A DNA stretch of 64,000 nt from Laetmonice hystrix. Its lineage: Eukaryota. The notes beneath the pieces are model-generated. The model worked only from the letters and a program-made list of their open reading frames with translations, searched no databases and was not told where the DNA came from. Each line of letters starts with the position of its first letter. Positions within the stretch are counted from its first letter, which is position 1. Positions 13,263 through 26,529 of the stretch are shown here, piece by piece. The stretch covers positions 7,998,001 to 8,062,000 of the forward strand of contig OZ249436.1 of NCBI GenBank assembly GCA_965235115.1, written 5' to 3'. Made by a program: the position numbers and the translations under genes.

Positions 13263-15974
13263 TAAGGGTAAGCATAGTGGGTACATAGTGAATTAAACAC
13301 TACTCGTACGAATATGCACAGTTATACAACTAAATCCTGTCAGCCTGGAATTGAATCAGATGTATCTTACTATAGGGCCTATACAACATTATATGAATGT
13401 AGTGCATCTATCTACAATCGACATGAATGAGTTCTTTGTTGTTTCTGCAAACTAAATGCATGGCAGTCTAATGTTTATCTTCACTCCAGCCCCCCCCCCC
13501 CCCCCCCCCACAAAAAAAAATCCATCATAGTTGTGGCTGGCGATTACCATACCATGCAGTCATAACGCGTGATTTGTTGATCGCTGTAGCGACTGCCATT
13601 TATCTGAAGTAGTGGCAAGTAATTTAACTTTTCCTCATAGAAAAACCTGCATCAAAATTAACGCACCATCACCCAGGGGGCGCTTTGTACAACCAAGGGC
13701 CCGGCAGTTGACGTATAGGGGCTCTGCCCTGATCATGGGAGTTTAGGATCATATCTAAGAGGGCAGTTGCCGTCTTCATATCGTCACTGCTGCTCTATAC
13801 CCCGCTCACACGCCACCCCATACCCCCACCCCCGCCTCGTCTGTCAGGTTTCAGGGGACCCGGGGAGCGCGATTTCTGGTGGTAATCACCTGCAAATCGA
13901 TGTGTCCATCGTCAGAGACATAAGGGAGGGGCGGGTGGACGCCGGCTGGGACCTGCCAGGTCCCATCCGACCGGCCGGCCGGCCTCCCAAAACCTGCCCG
14001 TCATTTATTTCCTCTCTGGAATCGGCCCCAGACCCTATCAGCGACCGCTTATTCATCTATTTCCGGCGCTTATCGCTGACAGTGACGCGACTCGGGCCGG
14101 TCGTAACCGGCGGGTCCGGACACACGGCAGTCCCCTAACGATATGTTCTTGGACTGACTGCTTCAAGGTTTCCCATCTTAATGAGCCTTAGATACATTGA
14201 ATATTTATGGAAAATACAGATCCTTCCCGCTTGGTGCCAGGTCAACTTTGCTATATTGTGTCTCTATTACCTCACTATATTGTCTGCATTATGACTTGCT
14301 TGGTGCTAATGCTTGGTGAGTCTATGTTAGAGCCATGTATTTGATATAATTTAGAGTTTGCCAAGGATTCGTCCTTCTTCAGAGATTACTGAATCTGTCA
14401 CATCAGCAGAGCCAATTTGAAACCGTAAGTAGTTGATGGAGAGTGAGGTTTTTCTCAGGCAATATTTGTCTACCTAAGCATTTTACTCTGCCTTCAGAGA
14501 ACCTATTTCTGTCCTAAGAGAGTTTGGCTGATCAAACATGCAATATAAAAACTTGGCTTCAAACCAACAGTTGCTGTTATCGATTGATCCCTAGAAAAAT
14601 TATGTAAACTATCGTGAACGGTCTGTTCTTGTCAGGCTGACCTTTTCTATGCGATGATGGACGAATGGGGGCAACAACCAGTTTGATTTGCCTGTTATTC
14701 TCATGCCACCGTGTGGAATATTAAAAGGACCAGGCCAGAGTCCATTAAATTATTAACAAGTATATCCTTTGTCCTTTGGCTTGGCCTTTGAAAGGACATT
14801 CTAATATAGCTGGCGTATAAATGAGTTGTGTGAACCTGGGCGGGTTGGGCGTTCATCGATCAACTTCCTGTATCGGCGCGCTCGGACGGAGCTGGTTTGT
14901 TGCTGATAGAAGCGGCCTGTCGACGTATCAATATTTCATATCCCTGTAAAATTTTACCTGCTCGTTTGCGTCCAGCGCTCGTCAGACTCGTGTACGGCCC
15001 GCCAGGCGGCGCTTCGCCAACGCTCTGGTCTCGTCTGCTTCGTCTTCGCCAAGCGTCCAATGCGTTCTCACGATGGGTACTTTTTATTGGAACTTATTTC
15101 CAAAATTGCTATTGATTTTCTGTCGGCTTCTTTGCCGCCGAAATCTGAGACGCGCGATCACAGGAGATTGGTGAATAATTCAACTATGAAATTGACTGAG
15201 CGCAATCAGATCATCTGGTGGCTGACACTGGGGTGGGAAGCAGCATCCCCACCATCATTTTGTCTACAAATTGAGCCGGCGACACTGGCAACAGCACGTG
15301 CCTATCACTCACTTGGCCGCCAATATCCCTCCGCCATAGCCCGGCGCGCACCCGGCCTGCCCGCGCAGTCAGGAGGTGACCTGCGAAGAATAACCCCGCA
15401 AACATTTTCATTTTATCTCACGACTGCCGTGGCACCAGCTTAACATACAAATGAGGAACCGGTACAGCTCCTGGTGGCTTTCGTGACATGTCTATTTTAT
15501 CTGGCGAGCCTTTCGCCATCTACTGCTACGAGGTTTGGGACTTGGATGCAGAAACACATTTCCCACGCGACCTTTTGTTCCCGGTCGGTTTATTTATTGG
15601 TTGCTGTCGTAGAACCACGTGAGCGCGGCAAGTGGGGACGAAACCAATGTATTGGCTCACTGGTTGCTGGTCAACGCACAGCAAGTCCGAGCGGTCACCT
15701 TGTTAATAGCGTCGTTGATGGCACGAAGCGGGGAGAGCCTCGATCTGAGCGAGGACTATTGAACTGCCGGACCAGCGTTCCGTTACGGACGCCGTGACAA
15801 ATGGGCTTTGAGAGGGTTTGCCCTGGTACGCGACGTTACCAGGGCAGCAACATGTGTAGAGCTTAGGGACTGGACGTCCATTGCAATGGAAACCTAACGA
15901 CTCGTAAAACGTGTCGTCGGAAATGTGACGTCCGACGTGCGTAGACTTGTTCACGTGACCTCGCGACCTGGGCG

Positions 15975-16160
15975 TTCCCACCCAAGTGGTGGTAGCCGTG
16001 CCGTTCCCACCCAGATGGTGGAGCCGTGCCATACCCGCACAAGTGGTGGTAGCCGTGCCGTTCCCACCCAGATGGTGGGACCGTGCCGTTCCCGCCCAAC
16101 TGGTACCCACCCAACTGGTGGTAGCCGTGCCGTTCCCACCCAGATGGTGGGGCCGTGTCG
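15975..16160. repeat. Imperfect tandem repeat of ~25-nt subunits (CCCACCCAGATGGTGG-AGCCGTGCCGTT) alternating as a dimer
   Basis: GGTGGTAGCCGTGCCGTTCCCACCCAGATGGTGG occurs three times. Confidence 0.85.
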
Positions 16161-16607
16161 TTCAGAACAGGTCGGCATCCCCAACTTCCACTTCTCTTCT
16201 CAAATAATATATTAAATTTACCCCCCCCCCCATTCCTGATGCGAGTCATATAAGTAGGCCTATAGAAGTCATGCATTTGCGCTATAGGTGGATCATTCTT
16301 GAAATACACGTAGTCCAAATCGATCAGATATACATGTATAAACGGCTAGTTAACTGCATGGGCTTCAACGATGAATAGACCCATTGCAATAATTAGCGAC
16401 CTCATTCGGTGCCCACTGACCTATATTCCGTCCGTAATGATTATAATTCAACCATTAAGTGCTCGTGGTGATTTGATTCGGACTGATTTGAAACCAAAGT
16501 AATTATTGTTCTAGATGATTGTCAGATGAAATTGCCCTCAAAATGTCAACGATCATAGTGGCGCTGCCACCAACAAAGTTTACGTCACTACTGCCCTGGG
16601 AAAATAC

Positions 16608-17196
16608 ATATCATAGCGATTGTTTGTCTCCACAACCTATACTCTCTATGACATATCATAGGGATTGTTTGTCTCAACAACCTATACTCTCTATGACATA
16701 TTATAGGGATTGATTGTCTCCACAACCTATACTCTCTATGACATATCATAGCGATTGTTTGTCTCCACAACCTATACTCTCTATGACATATCATAGCGAT
16801 TGTTTGTCTCCACAACCTATACTCTCTATGATATATCATAGGGATTGTTTGTCTCCACAACCTATACTCTCTATGACATATCATAGGGATTGTCTCCACA
16901 ACCTATACTCTCTATGACATATCATAGGGATTGTTTGTCTCCACAACCTATACTCTCTATGACATATCATAGCGATTGTTTGTCTCCACAACCTATAGAT
17001 ACTCTCTATGACATGTCATAGGGATTGTTTGTCTCCACAACCTATACTCTCTATGACATATCATAGGGATTGTTTGTCTCCACAACCTATACTCTCTATG
17101 ACATACCATAGGGATTGTTTGTCTCCACAACCTACTCTCTATGACATATCATAGGGATTGTTTGTCTCCACAACCTATACTCTCTATGACATATCC
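16608..17196. repeat. Minisatellite, 45-nt unit (ATCATAGGGATTGTTTGTCTCCACAACCTATACTCTCTATGACAT), ~13 copies
   Basis: 15-aa periodicity in overlapping ORFs (SPQPILSMTYHRDCL). Confidence 0.97.
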
Positions 17197-18251
17197 ATTT
17201 TGTAATGAAAGTCGCCCCAGTAGTTTGGATAAAGATGACTTTTTTGACAGGCAAGTGGTCTTTGAAATTGATCGAGCTATGCCCTTAATCATAATTGTCT
17301 CTTAGACCTCGTCCTCCTTACAGTATTTTGGCTGCCTGTGGCCTGCATTCATTGCCACTTACCCTCATCATCGAGTCGTAAGAAATCGTCAAATCTTAGG
17401 AAGATCAACTAGAATATCAGTGTAGAGAAATCTTCGACGCGCAGGAGGATATTGACGTCATTCTCAGTTCAGTTCATGGTATAGGAAAGGTTTTATTGCC
17501 GATGTTGACATAATTTATCATAACGCTTAGTTGTGGGTAACAAGCCGCTGCTTTCGTAATATCAAGTGTCGACGAATGACATTTACAATGCGTGGCCATG
17601 CCAAGTCAATACAATTGACAAATTGTAGATCTCGTGTCTGAGAAAGATATCGACTGATTCCTGGGCGAAAATTGCTGTGTGCTGTGAACTCAATGATTAA
17701 TAAAGCCTTCAAATAATAAACACTTACGTTTAGAAACTGCACTGGCGCCATTCGATAGAACCGACCGGATGTATCTGATTTGCATACCGGAAGTTATACT
17801 ATAGAATTGGAATTCTGAACTTTTTAAAAAGAAAATTTACTCTCTTCAGGTCTGCTCTAGGAATAAGAGCCCATAAGCTGCTTAACAGCAAAGTATTAAT
17901 TAGTTAGCAATTATTGACCTAACAATAACGGTTATTGATCATTTTTTGCGACCCTATAATCCTACCAAGTTGAATTATGGTAATTTCTGAGGGATTGTTT
18001 CGGCGATGATACACCGGACACTGGCCTGCCTGTTCCTACGAACTGACCTACCTCTGAAGGTGTCAGATTACCGGCCGGTGGGGTTGTGCAACAAGGCACA
18101 GGTGAAAGTTGGTACTTTTTAAACAGAGGTTAGGCCTCCCCGCCCGGCTCGGCCGTCAACCAATGGTGGAGAACCCGGGTAATAGTATAAGACACTCACC
18201 GAGGTCACCACTTGAATAATTCGTAATGGTTTAAAGTCGGTCTTTTATTGG

Positions 18252-18402
18252 NNNNNNNNNNNNNNNNNNNNNNNNNNNNNNNNNNNNNNNNNNNNNNNNN
18301 NNNNNNNNNNNNNNNNNNNNNNNNNNNNNNNNNNNNNNNNNNNNNNNNNNNNNNNNNNNNNNNNNNNNNNNNNNNNNNNNNNNNNNNNNNNNNNNNNNNN
18401 NN
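18252..18402. other. Assembly gap (N run)
   Basis: Run of N. Confidence 0.99.
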
Positions 18403-19039
18403 GTCCACTTTGCACGGACATCAGTTAGTATGTAGGCACAAAGGACAACAAGGACTGTTGTGTTTGACAGGGAGCAAGTTGATATACTTTGGTACGTGTC
18501 TGTACCTAAGTTTACATTGCGCACGCGCGGGTGATGTACGGATCAGGCACGTCACTGCATAACAGTTAGAGACGAGAGGAGCAAAAAGTACCAGTTGGAA
18601 TAACGACTTCATGACAATAGCAGAATTATCTAATTAAAAAACCATTGGGATCTGGTAAATATTTAACTCATTTATGAGGTAAATAATAGTACAACAGCAT
18701 AACGCCGCGCGGGTGTCTTGGAATTAATAGATTTTCAGATAAAAATGTGTTTCTTGCTGTTATCTGTGGAAACACAGGGATACGGTTTCCCCATGATGGT
18801 ATGAAATGGTGCTACTAATACCTATTTCTCAGTAACGTGATGCTGTAGAGCAACTAGAGTGCAGTTATTGTGATAGCTATTGTTTTAGCTGACGTCTGCA
18901 CGCGTTCTCGCGATGCACAACTTCACAGAGTGCTGCCTGAGTGCTGTTGTACATTCATTATTAAATGGCCTGAAATGGCAACCATCCAGTAGATTTTTAA
19001 TAGGGAGGGAGATAGAACAACATGTGGGTCTAATTCTTT

Positions 19040-19140
19040 GGGGGGGGGGGGGGGGGGGGGGGAGGTAGTGCCTTATACGCAATGCGAATAGGTCCAGTAA
19101 TTCTAGGGTCAGGGATTTCTGCCTCGGAGCATTTATAAAA

Positions 19141-19176
<36 letters not shown>

Positions 19177-19333
19177 GGGGGGGGGGGGGGGGGCACAGGT
19201 GTATGGATGGATGAATGGATCCATATAGCTACCTGACATGGGCAAGGGTCACTCAGTATAGGGGGGCCAGAACCCTGTTTTTGAAAAATTTCGGGGGCCC
19301 GGCCCCCCTGTGCCCCCCTTAAATCCGCCACTG
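19040..19333 (-). mobile_element. Probable degenerate non-autonomous DNA transposon (hAT-like MITE); one clear terminus, poly-G/poly-T interior
   Basis: 19305-19333 reads CAGTGGCGGATTTAAGGGGGGCACAGGGG on the minus strand, a terminus type I recall from invertebrate hAT-like MITEs. No intact partner TIR or TSD found. Related starts at 22401 (CAGGGGCAGATTT) and 44709 (CAGTGGCGGAT). Confidence 0.5.
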
Positions 19334-19609
19334 CACATGTATTAGTTTCAAAGTGGATTAAATGGGGTCATTATTTTCTGGGTCACTCACAGCAGTTAAT
19401 AAGTTGTGCTGGAGACCATTCAAACATGTACGAGGCCTATTATATAAGTAACAAGTGTAGGGTGCGACTAGATTTGAGAATTATTAGCATGAACAACCCA
19501 TGGAATCCGAGTCCTCAAGCGTGGGGATGTTTTTATCTTTATGAACTAGATGTTACCCAAAATAAAAGGACTTCATTATTCTAAATGTCTTGAGAAACCT
19601 TAAAGCGGC

Positions 19610-19915
19610 TGAGGCCAATGGGAAGATCAAATTACAGAGCTCGTACTGTGTGCTCGTACGATCTTCATGGTGGCGAGCAGGCGTGCGAAGTCACGGACGG
19701 GGGCGGAGCCTACAGGCACGGCAGTATGAGTGACATTAATTTATGCGCACATGGTGTCCGTGCGCGGAAAATGGTGGCGCATTATTAATTTCTGCTGGCC
19801 CGTGATTGGCCAGCTCTGGGGAACTGTGCACATAAGTAATCAACCCACGTGATGCACTCGAGTCGATAGTTATGTTTGTTGATAGGGCCAATCATTTGTT
19901 TTCCATATAAGGCAA
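19610..19915 (+). promoter_or_regulatory. Putative proximal promoter of groucho
   Basis: CpG-rich. CCAAT 19615, GC box GGGGGCGGAGC 19699-19709, ATTGG 19805, E-box CACGTG 19846-19851, CCAAT 19888, CArG/TATA-like CCATATAAGG 19903-19912; ~420 nt upstream of the ATG. TSS not determined. Confidence 0.6.
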
Positions 19916-20331
19916 GTGTATTTGCCTACTGCTTTTGTTACTGGGAGCTAATACCGCGTGTAGGTTTATACTGTGTGTGGCATTTGAACCGGTGTGATCG
20001 GAGGACATTCCTGGCGACTAAATCTGGGAAATTTACCTTCTACGTGTACAGCATTGTTCGCCAGGGCACCTCTGTGGTGTCGACGGCACGGGAGCCTACG
20101 TAGATGCCTACATAGTGGAGTATTCGCAGGGATTTTGACCATCTTGTGGGCTCGATTGTTTGCGTACGGTACGCGCGGCCGACATTGCTGCAACGCTCGG
20201 TCAACGGTGCATAGAGGGGCCTCCCCTTGCATCTTCCGAGCTCTCTCGCAGCATAAACAGCCCGATATATTCGGGGATTCTTACCATTTGACGGATTATA
20301 CCTTGGAGTACCGACAGGGACCGTTCCGAGG

Positions 20332-20352
20332 ATGTATCCTAATCGACATCCC
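20332..20352 (+). CDS. gro (TLE): groucho coding exon 1 (MYPNRHP)
   Basis: ATG at 20332; donor CCC|GTAAGT, phase 0; resembles the N-termini of TLE (MFPQSRHP) and fly Gro (MYPSPVRHP). Confidence 0.92.
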
Positions 20353-20536
20353 GTAAGTGCGAGGAGTTTTGGGCGCCAAGCGAGCTCCATTCTTTGTGCG
20401 GGTGGTGTTGAGTTGCCATTGGTCGCTTTGTAGTAATTGAGAATAGAATCTGGGGCTTCGAGTCAATGGTGCGGGGTCTGTCCCCTCAGCCCCGCCGCCC
20501 TAACGTGTAGTAATGGCTGCTTCTTTTCCACTACAG

Positions 20537-20634
20537 GCCCCTCACCAACCGGGCCAGCCGTTCAAGTTCACTGTGGCCGAATCATGTGACCGAATCAAGG
20601 AGGAATTCAGCTTCTTACAAGCCCAGTATCACAG
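20537..20634 (+). CDS. gro (TLE): groucho exon 2, Q domain ([33 protein letters not shown])
   Basis: Acceptor TTCTTTTCCACTACAG, donor AG|GTAAGC, 98 nt, phase 0 to 2. Confidence 0.98.
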
Positions 20635-23066
20635 GTAAGCCCGTCCTCTCTTCCTAATTACATTGTACCAGGCCGGGTGGAATGGCTCGCCACACCACCG
20701 GGTCGTGTTGCATTGCATAAAAATGGCTGAAGCGACGCCACCCCGTGGCCTTGGCTTGAGTACGGGCGTCGTGCCCGGTCATAGACCCCGGCCTCCCCTC
20801 CTGCTCTTGCAGGCGGCCGCCATAATACCTAAAATACATTAGTGTTTGATCAGCGAACTATTTTGTGCACACGTACGAGATCGGCATGCGGTGTGTAAAC
20901 AGATCGTAGTCGGGCCTACGCGGTGTCTGGACGAATGTAATGTCATTCCTAATGGCTTCGCTGGCGGCCGCCACCCCGCCACCGACCCGGCCGCCGTGGC
21001 CGGAGCCCCCCTCCCGCCCCATCTGGGCAAGGTCGTATATTTATTTGTTGGTACGGTCAGTTTCTTCCAAGTCCGGTCGTTGGTGCATGTATTTATACAC
21101 CACAGTTGGCATGCACCATAGCCAGGCACCCAAGGCATGGGCAGCGACGGCTGCAGGCCTTGCTGCTTGCAGTAACAAGATGGCAGCCTATACGCTGGTG
21201 GTATGGCGGTTGTGTGAAGGGGCCGCCGCCAGGGAGCGAAGAGCACCCCGCCATGCGTGAAGCAGTCAGTCGGCCGGCCGGCCGTGCCAACCAGCCAGCC
21301 GGCAGATGCCGAGCGGGCGGCCCGCCAGCTCACGCCGGACCACCGCACTCAGTGCGTGTACTAACAGCCGCTAGGTCGCCTGGCTAGCTAACCCTAATAC
21401 AGGGTTCACCACACGGAGGGACAATAACGATAAACCCCAAAGCAGGTCGTACGTTCCTCAAATGGCCTTGTAGTTAGTTGTACGATGCCGGGTCTGTTAT
21501 TCAAAATAGAACTCAGCTGAGGCCCAGAGCTAAGCCAAGTTGAGAATAGCCCTACAAAAACGTGTTTCGTCTGTTCTGAAACTAGGTCATGTTCAGAAGC
21601 CGTGTTCATGCATGGTGGAGGCCTGAAAAAAAGATGCTTATTGACTTTAGACAGGTCGATATCCCAGTGCCTGACAATGAATCATAGTGAAACGTCAGTT
21701 TGTTCTCGCAGTATTACTTATGATCACATATATTATTCCATGGCTCATTCAACTTGGAATCCGTATGATGGCAACTGACCCTGTTAAAAAAGATATCACG
21801 TCATTCGTAATTACTAATTTTACAGCACTAATTGTTTTTTTTTGGTATAACTAAGCAATCAACATATATTATATCCCTGTATTTAACTTGTCATTAGCAT
21901 GATTTCATGATTAGTGGTATAACTTATAAATGGGTCACAAAGTATGACTTAGTTATTTGTGCTGCTGATTGAAAAGGTCCAATTTTAAAAGAATTTGGTG
22001 TAAAATACTTTGCACAAGAGTAAGAAACTTTGCATGAGAGTAAGATTTATAAGTAGTCTGGAAGTTGTTGGATCTTGAGATACTTGTTTATATTCTAGAC
22101 GTTAACTTCAAATGGAAATAAAGACTGCTAGATATGATCTAAATATGAAAATTTGTTTGGGTTAAAATATAATTCCAAATATCCCAAGTAGAGAATGAAA
22201 CCTGTTGGGACAGATTTGACCATGGCACCCTGATACCAGAATATGGGTCAGTCACGGCTTGTGAACAGGAAGTGCTATGTGTTACTCAGTAATCATGGTT
22301 TGGAGTCTTGTTTTTTGTGGCTTCCATGTTAAGGTTGTATCCGCATAATTTTTGAAAATACTATGTACATAGCGTGCTGTACTTGCCAATTGCCATCATA
22401 CAGGGGCAGATTTCTAGGTCAGAGGATTGTTGTAGCATTGGCGGCCCCAGACAAGGCAGTCAGGCAAATGGTGGTCCCAATAAACACTAAAAATGATATG
22501 GAATGGTAAATTATGGATTGTATTCAGTAATGGGTAGTTGGGAACGGCCTGCCATAGAATATTACCCCAGCTTGTTGGCCGGGATGAGGCAATGTCTGCT
22601 TGGTTTCATTTACTTCGTGCAAACAGGGCATATTTAATATTATAACACTAGGTTGGTCAGCCATTATATTCTAATTTATCATATTGCATATCAAATTTGT
22701 GCTGGGATTATGGCGTTCAATTATGAAGCTATTTTATAATGGCATAGGCTTGTCGTGCCAGCATTGACACATGGTGCAGTCTACATTCATTAAAATGCAA
22801 TTTTACCAGTCTGAGGAATAGAGAAGTGGGCACTTCATGCATTGGTAGCAGAGATGCTTATTATTAAATATGTAAATGTGACCAAGCTAAATGAAGTTTG
22901 ACCTGTCTGTCTTTCAGTTCATAGTACCGGTAGCACCAGCTGGCTCGTGGTACAGTTGAAGTGCAAAATTGCGTGTCTAGACAGTGAAATGTGATTGAGA
23001 ATCAAGAGGATCTCATTTGTGTACTACAAGTGTTGCATATATCTGTTTTTTCTTTTTTTTAAACAG

Positions 23067-23130
23067 TTTAAAAATGGAATGCGAGAAGTTGGCGCAGGAG
23101 AAAACCGAGATGCAGCGACACTATGTGATG
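23067..23130 (+). CDS. gro (TLE): groucho exon 3, Q domain (LKMECEKLAQEKTEMQRHYVM)
   Basis: T-rich acceptor ...AAACAG, donor ATG|GTGAGT, 64 nt, phase 2 to 0. Confidence 0.98.
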
Positions 23131-26100
23131 GTGAGTACCAGGCTCTGCCAGCTAAGAACAAAAATGATGAAAATCAGAAATGAATTAAATATTGTTAATA
23201 AAAATGATGTGATAAATTTAAGAGAGAATTGAGTATTGAAAGTAAGAATATTATTATAGTAACCAGATATGGAAAAGAGTGCTCACTCATTTCTTCAAAG
23301 TTAGAACTATCATCTATACCGACTGTTTGAAGTCGTCAATGTTGTAAAAAATCTAAAGACCGATTAATAATGTTTCTGCAAAGTTGCAAACGTTTGTCAG
23401 TACTTTCCCTTTAATTGAAAATAGAACTTTTTAGGCACTTTAGTATTCTGTTACTTGAGACAAAAATAATGTAGTGGAAGGTTTAAAAGTTGGATTTAGA
23501 TCTTCTAAAATAAGTAGATTTTACTTTTAAGTGGGAGACTGAGAAAGACCTACAGGTACTGATCAATAATTTCTAATAAATCTTGAACTGTTACACATGC
23601 TTGAAAGATATAATGCCCCCCCCCCCATGAAAGCCATGCACTGGCTTGTCCTGGTAAAAGTTTATGGAGCCCTATGCCTACTAATATAGTGCTACAATGT
23701 AGATTTTTACAGAATAAAATTATTCAGAATTAGTTCAGACACGATGACAGGTAATTATTTGACAGGTGGTGACCATGCAACAGACCAATTTATCAGGAGG
23801 GACAATTTTCTTTTGAGTATCGTGGGTACACGTATGGTACCACATTACCAGTACTACATCCTTTGTTCCACTACTTGGCAAAACGTCGTGTGGTTTGAAA
23901 GATTGCGGAAGTGCTGTTTTGCCTGCCACTGGTCGACAATCACTGTTTTCATTTAAATCTCATCATTTCCATTGAATCGTGGGTAACCCCACCGAACACG
24001 GTCTTCAAAAGATAATCTTTTCTAAATGTTCAAGAAAGAAAACAAGACATTTGTCCTGGGGACAAAAACAGACATTAGCCGTGGACCTTTTCTCCGAGAT
24101 TACCTAAAAATGTCTGAATTGGATGCTTTACTGAGCGACCGGCGGAGTGGAGTACGGAGCCAACGCGTTAACATCTAAGAAATCAGTATTAAAGAGCTGC
24201 AGAGAGCTATTATCATGTAAAGAACTTTCCTCTTCTCCGTGAATGGCTTTATTTACATTGGATTGGCTTGTACTGTGCCATGAATAAATTAAGAGGGCTT
24301 TACACTTGAGCTTGAATAATAGAGTGTTGGCTAAGACGGAGTTAATCAGGAACCAACACGACAGAGGCGCTCAGCCGATAGCAATCAGGATGCTACCAGT
24401 GCTCAGCTGTCTCCAACTACCATTGTTTTAGAGACACACCCTTAGATTTCTTAACTTATGAAAGGGAAGTTGTAAAGGTTCACAACTTGCCTCGTTTTAA
24501 ATTTTCATAATGAAGCAGAAGTCCTTGAATTGATTGCTGAATATATAAATAATGTCATAATATATTCATTCCTAAGGACACAACTATTCTGAGGTTCACT
24601 TTCATTCAATCAGAAGTGCTAAATTTGCCCGATATCAATATTAACAAAGCCTGGAGGTGACATCTATCGTTCAAATTCTCTTCAGTCGGGGCTAATATAT
24701 TTACAAATATGAAAGTTACAAATTGTTGGGAAGCATTCTAAGGGCATGTCCCCAGGCTGTTGGCATGTGTACATGTCCCACGTCAATTACTGCTCAATAA
24801 TTGACAGTTCTATTTTCCTTATCTGAAGAACTTATAATTTAAGGTACCTGGTATAGAAACCGTTTATAACTTTTAGAAAATACACTCGTTGTACACAAAC
24901 CTGAATATTTTGTGTGAATCCCTAGTTTTCTTTTTCGATTCTCAAGTCAAACAACCAACATAGACTCTGCAAAAAAAGTAATCAGAGTTTGGAAATAGGG
25001 TTGGCATCGATCCCAGTTGATGGAACTTGCTTCACTGTGTATTGATTTTTGCCTTATATACACTAGGGAAAATTTCTCTCTATAGATGTTATCAGTCCAT
25101 TGGAGAAAGTCAGCAGCTCTGTTCTTCCCCACTATCCTGCCTTGATGTACCAGGCACAATAACCTCTGAGCTCCGCTCTGTAGGAAAAGCCAACTTCACG
25201 TATCGGAAGTCCTGTTGTCGTACAGTAACACTATACGCGAGTAGTAGTACCGGGTACAAAATGTACTAATATTACTACGAGTAGTACCCGCACAGTTAAT
25301 TTAATATTTTAAAACAGATCTTTTTTCCGATAGCTCAGTGGCTGTCAAATCAGTTGAAGCAGTGTGTTTCAATAGCTCAGTCTGTTTGTAAAATGTAAGT
25401 TTGCATCCAGAGAGCCATATTTTGAAGTAAATTGTGATGCGCTGATTAAGTTTACATTGGAATATTTTACAATGGAAACTGAGCACTGACGAGAATACAT
25501 CTAAGAAATACCCTTCTAAAGGATTTTAACCAAATTTTAACATACTGAAGGGCCTTCGGAGAAAGTCTTTTTATATCAGATAAGGGCACTTTTTCTCTGC
25601 ATGAAAGAGAGCTCTTGGCTTACGTTGTGGCCCCTTCTCGCTGCCATTGACCAAAGCGGATAATGACAATCTTCATTGAGCTGAAAGGATTATACAAAAT
25701 CCTCTTAGGCTTCGACCGAGAGATAATGCCTTTTCAGATATTGGCTATCAAATCAGTTGAAGCAGTGTGTGTTAATTGGAAGGCTAACCGTGCTGGAATG
25801 TTTTATTATTAGCAAGAGCTGGGAGTTTGATTTTATGTGAAGAAGATATTCATGAAATGCATGTCCTTGTCGTGAAGACTAAGGACAGCCCGCACCCACT
25901 CAGTTCTAGACAGAGGTAGCACATTGAATAGGAAACCAGCCGCTTGTAAGAGAAGGCTACACTCCGTTCGTGAAAGACACAAGGGGGGTTTTATGCCACA
26001 CACGTTCCGTAAGGAAGTCTGTCAAAGCCACATGACAGGCTGGATGAAATAATAACACCCGATACCATGCGGGAGATAGTCGTTAACAGAACGACATAGT

Positions 26101-26529
26101 CACGAAGTCCTTTGGTGGCCACTTTCAGACTTGTAATGATAAAGGGGAAGACCAGCTGAAGGTCTGACGTCGTGAAGTGAGAATTTAATTAATCTGAGAA
26201 CAATGAGGTACGCGTCCAGGTAGCCGAATATTATTAAATAAATTCTGAAATTATAGGACTCTACCCGAAAACGAACATATTGCCTAGGTAATCCGAACCT
26301 AGCGTAAATCATACCATGATATTGATTATTGATGTGAATACCACATGTACATGTTAGCAAATTAACTTAAACCTGATGTTATCATAGATTTATTTTTCCA
26401 TTCATTGCAGTTTATGATGTAATTAACCTAACACAAAACACGAAGTTACTGGCTAAGGAAATAATGCTTTCAACTGGCAGAAATAGATTGTATTGCATTA
26501 TCTAAACTGTACTCTTATTCTTGTTTCAG

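Noticed and set aside
14150-14800. Possible decayed retroelement coding remnant
   Set aside because: Could not find RT, endonuclease or integrase motifs by eye; needs a RepeatMasker or tBLASTx search.
1-19500. E(spl)/HES bHLH neighbour as in the Drosophila gro locus
   Set aside because: No bHLH-Orange or WRPW-ending ORF seen upstream.
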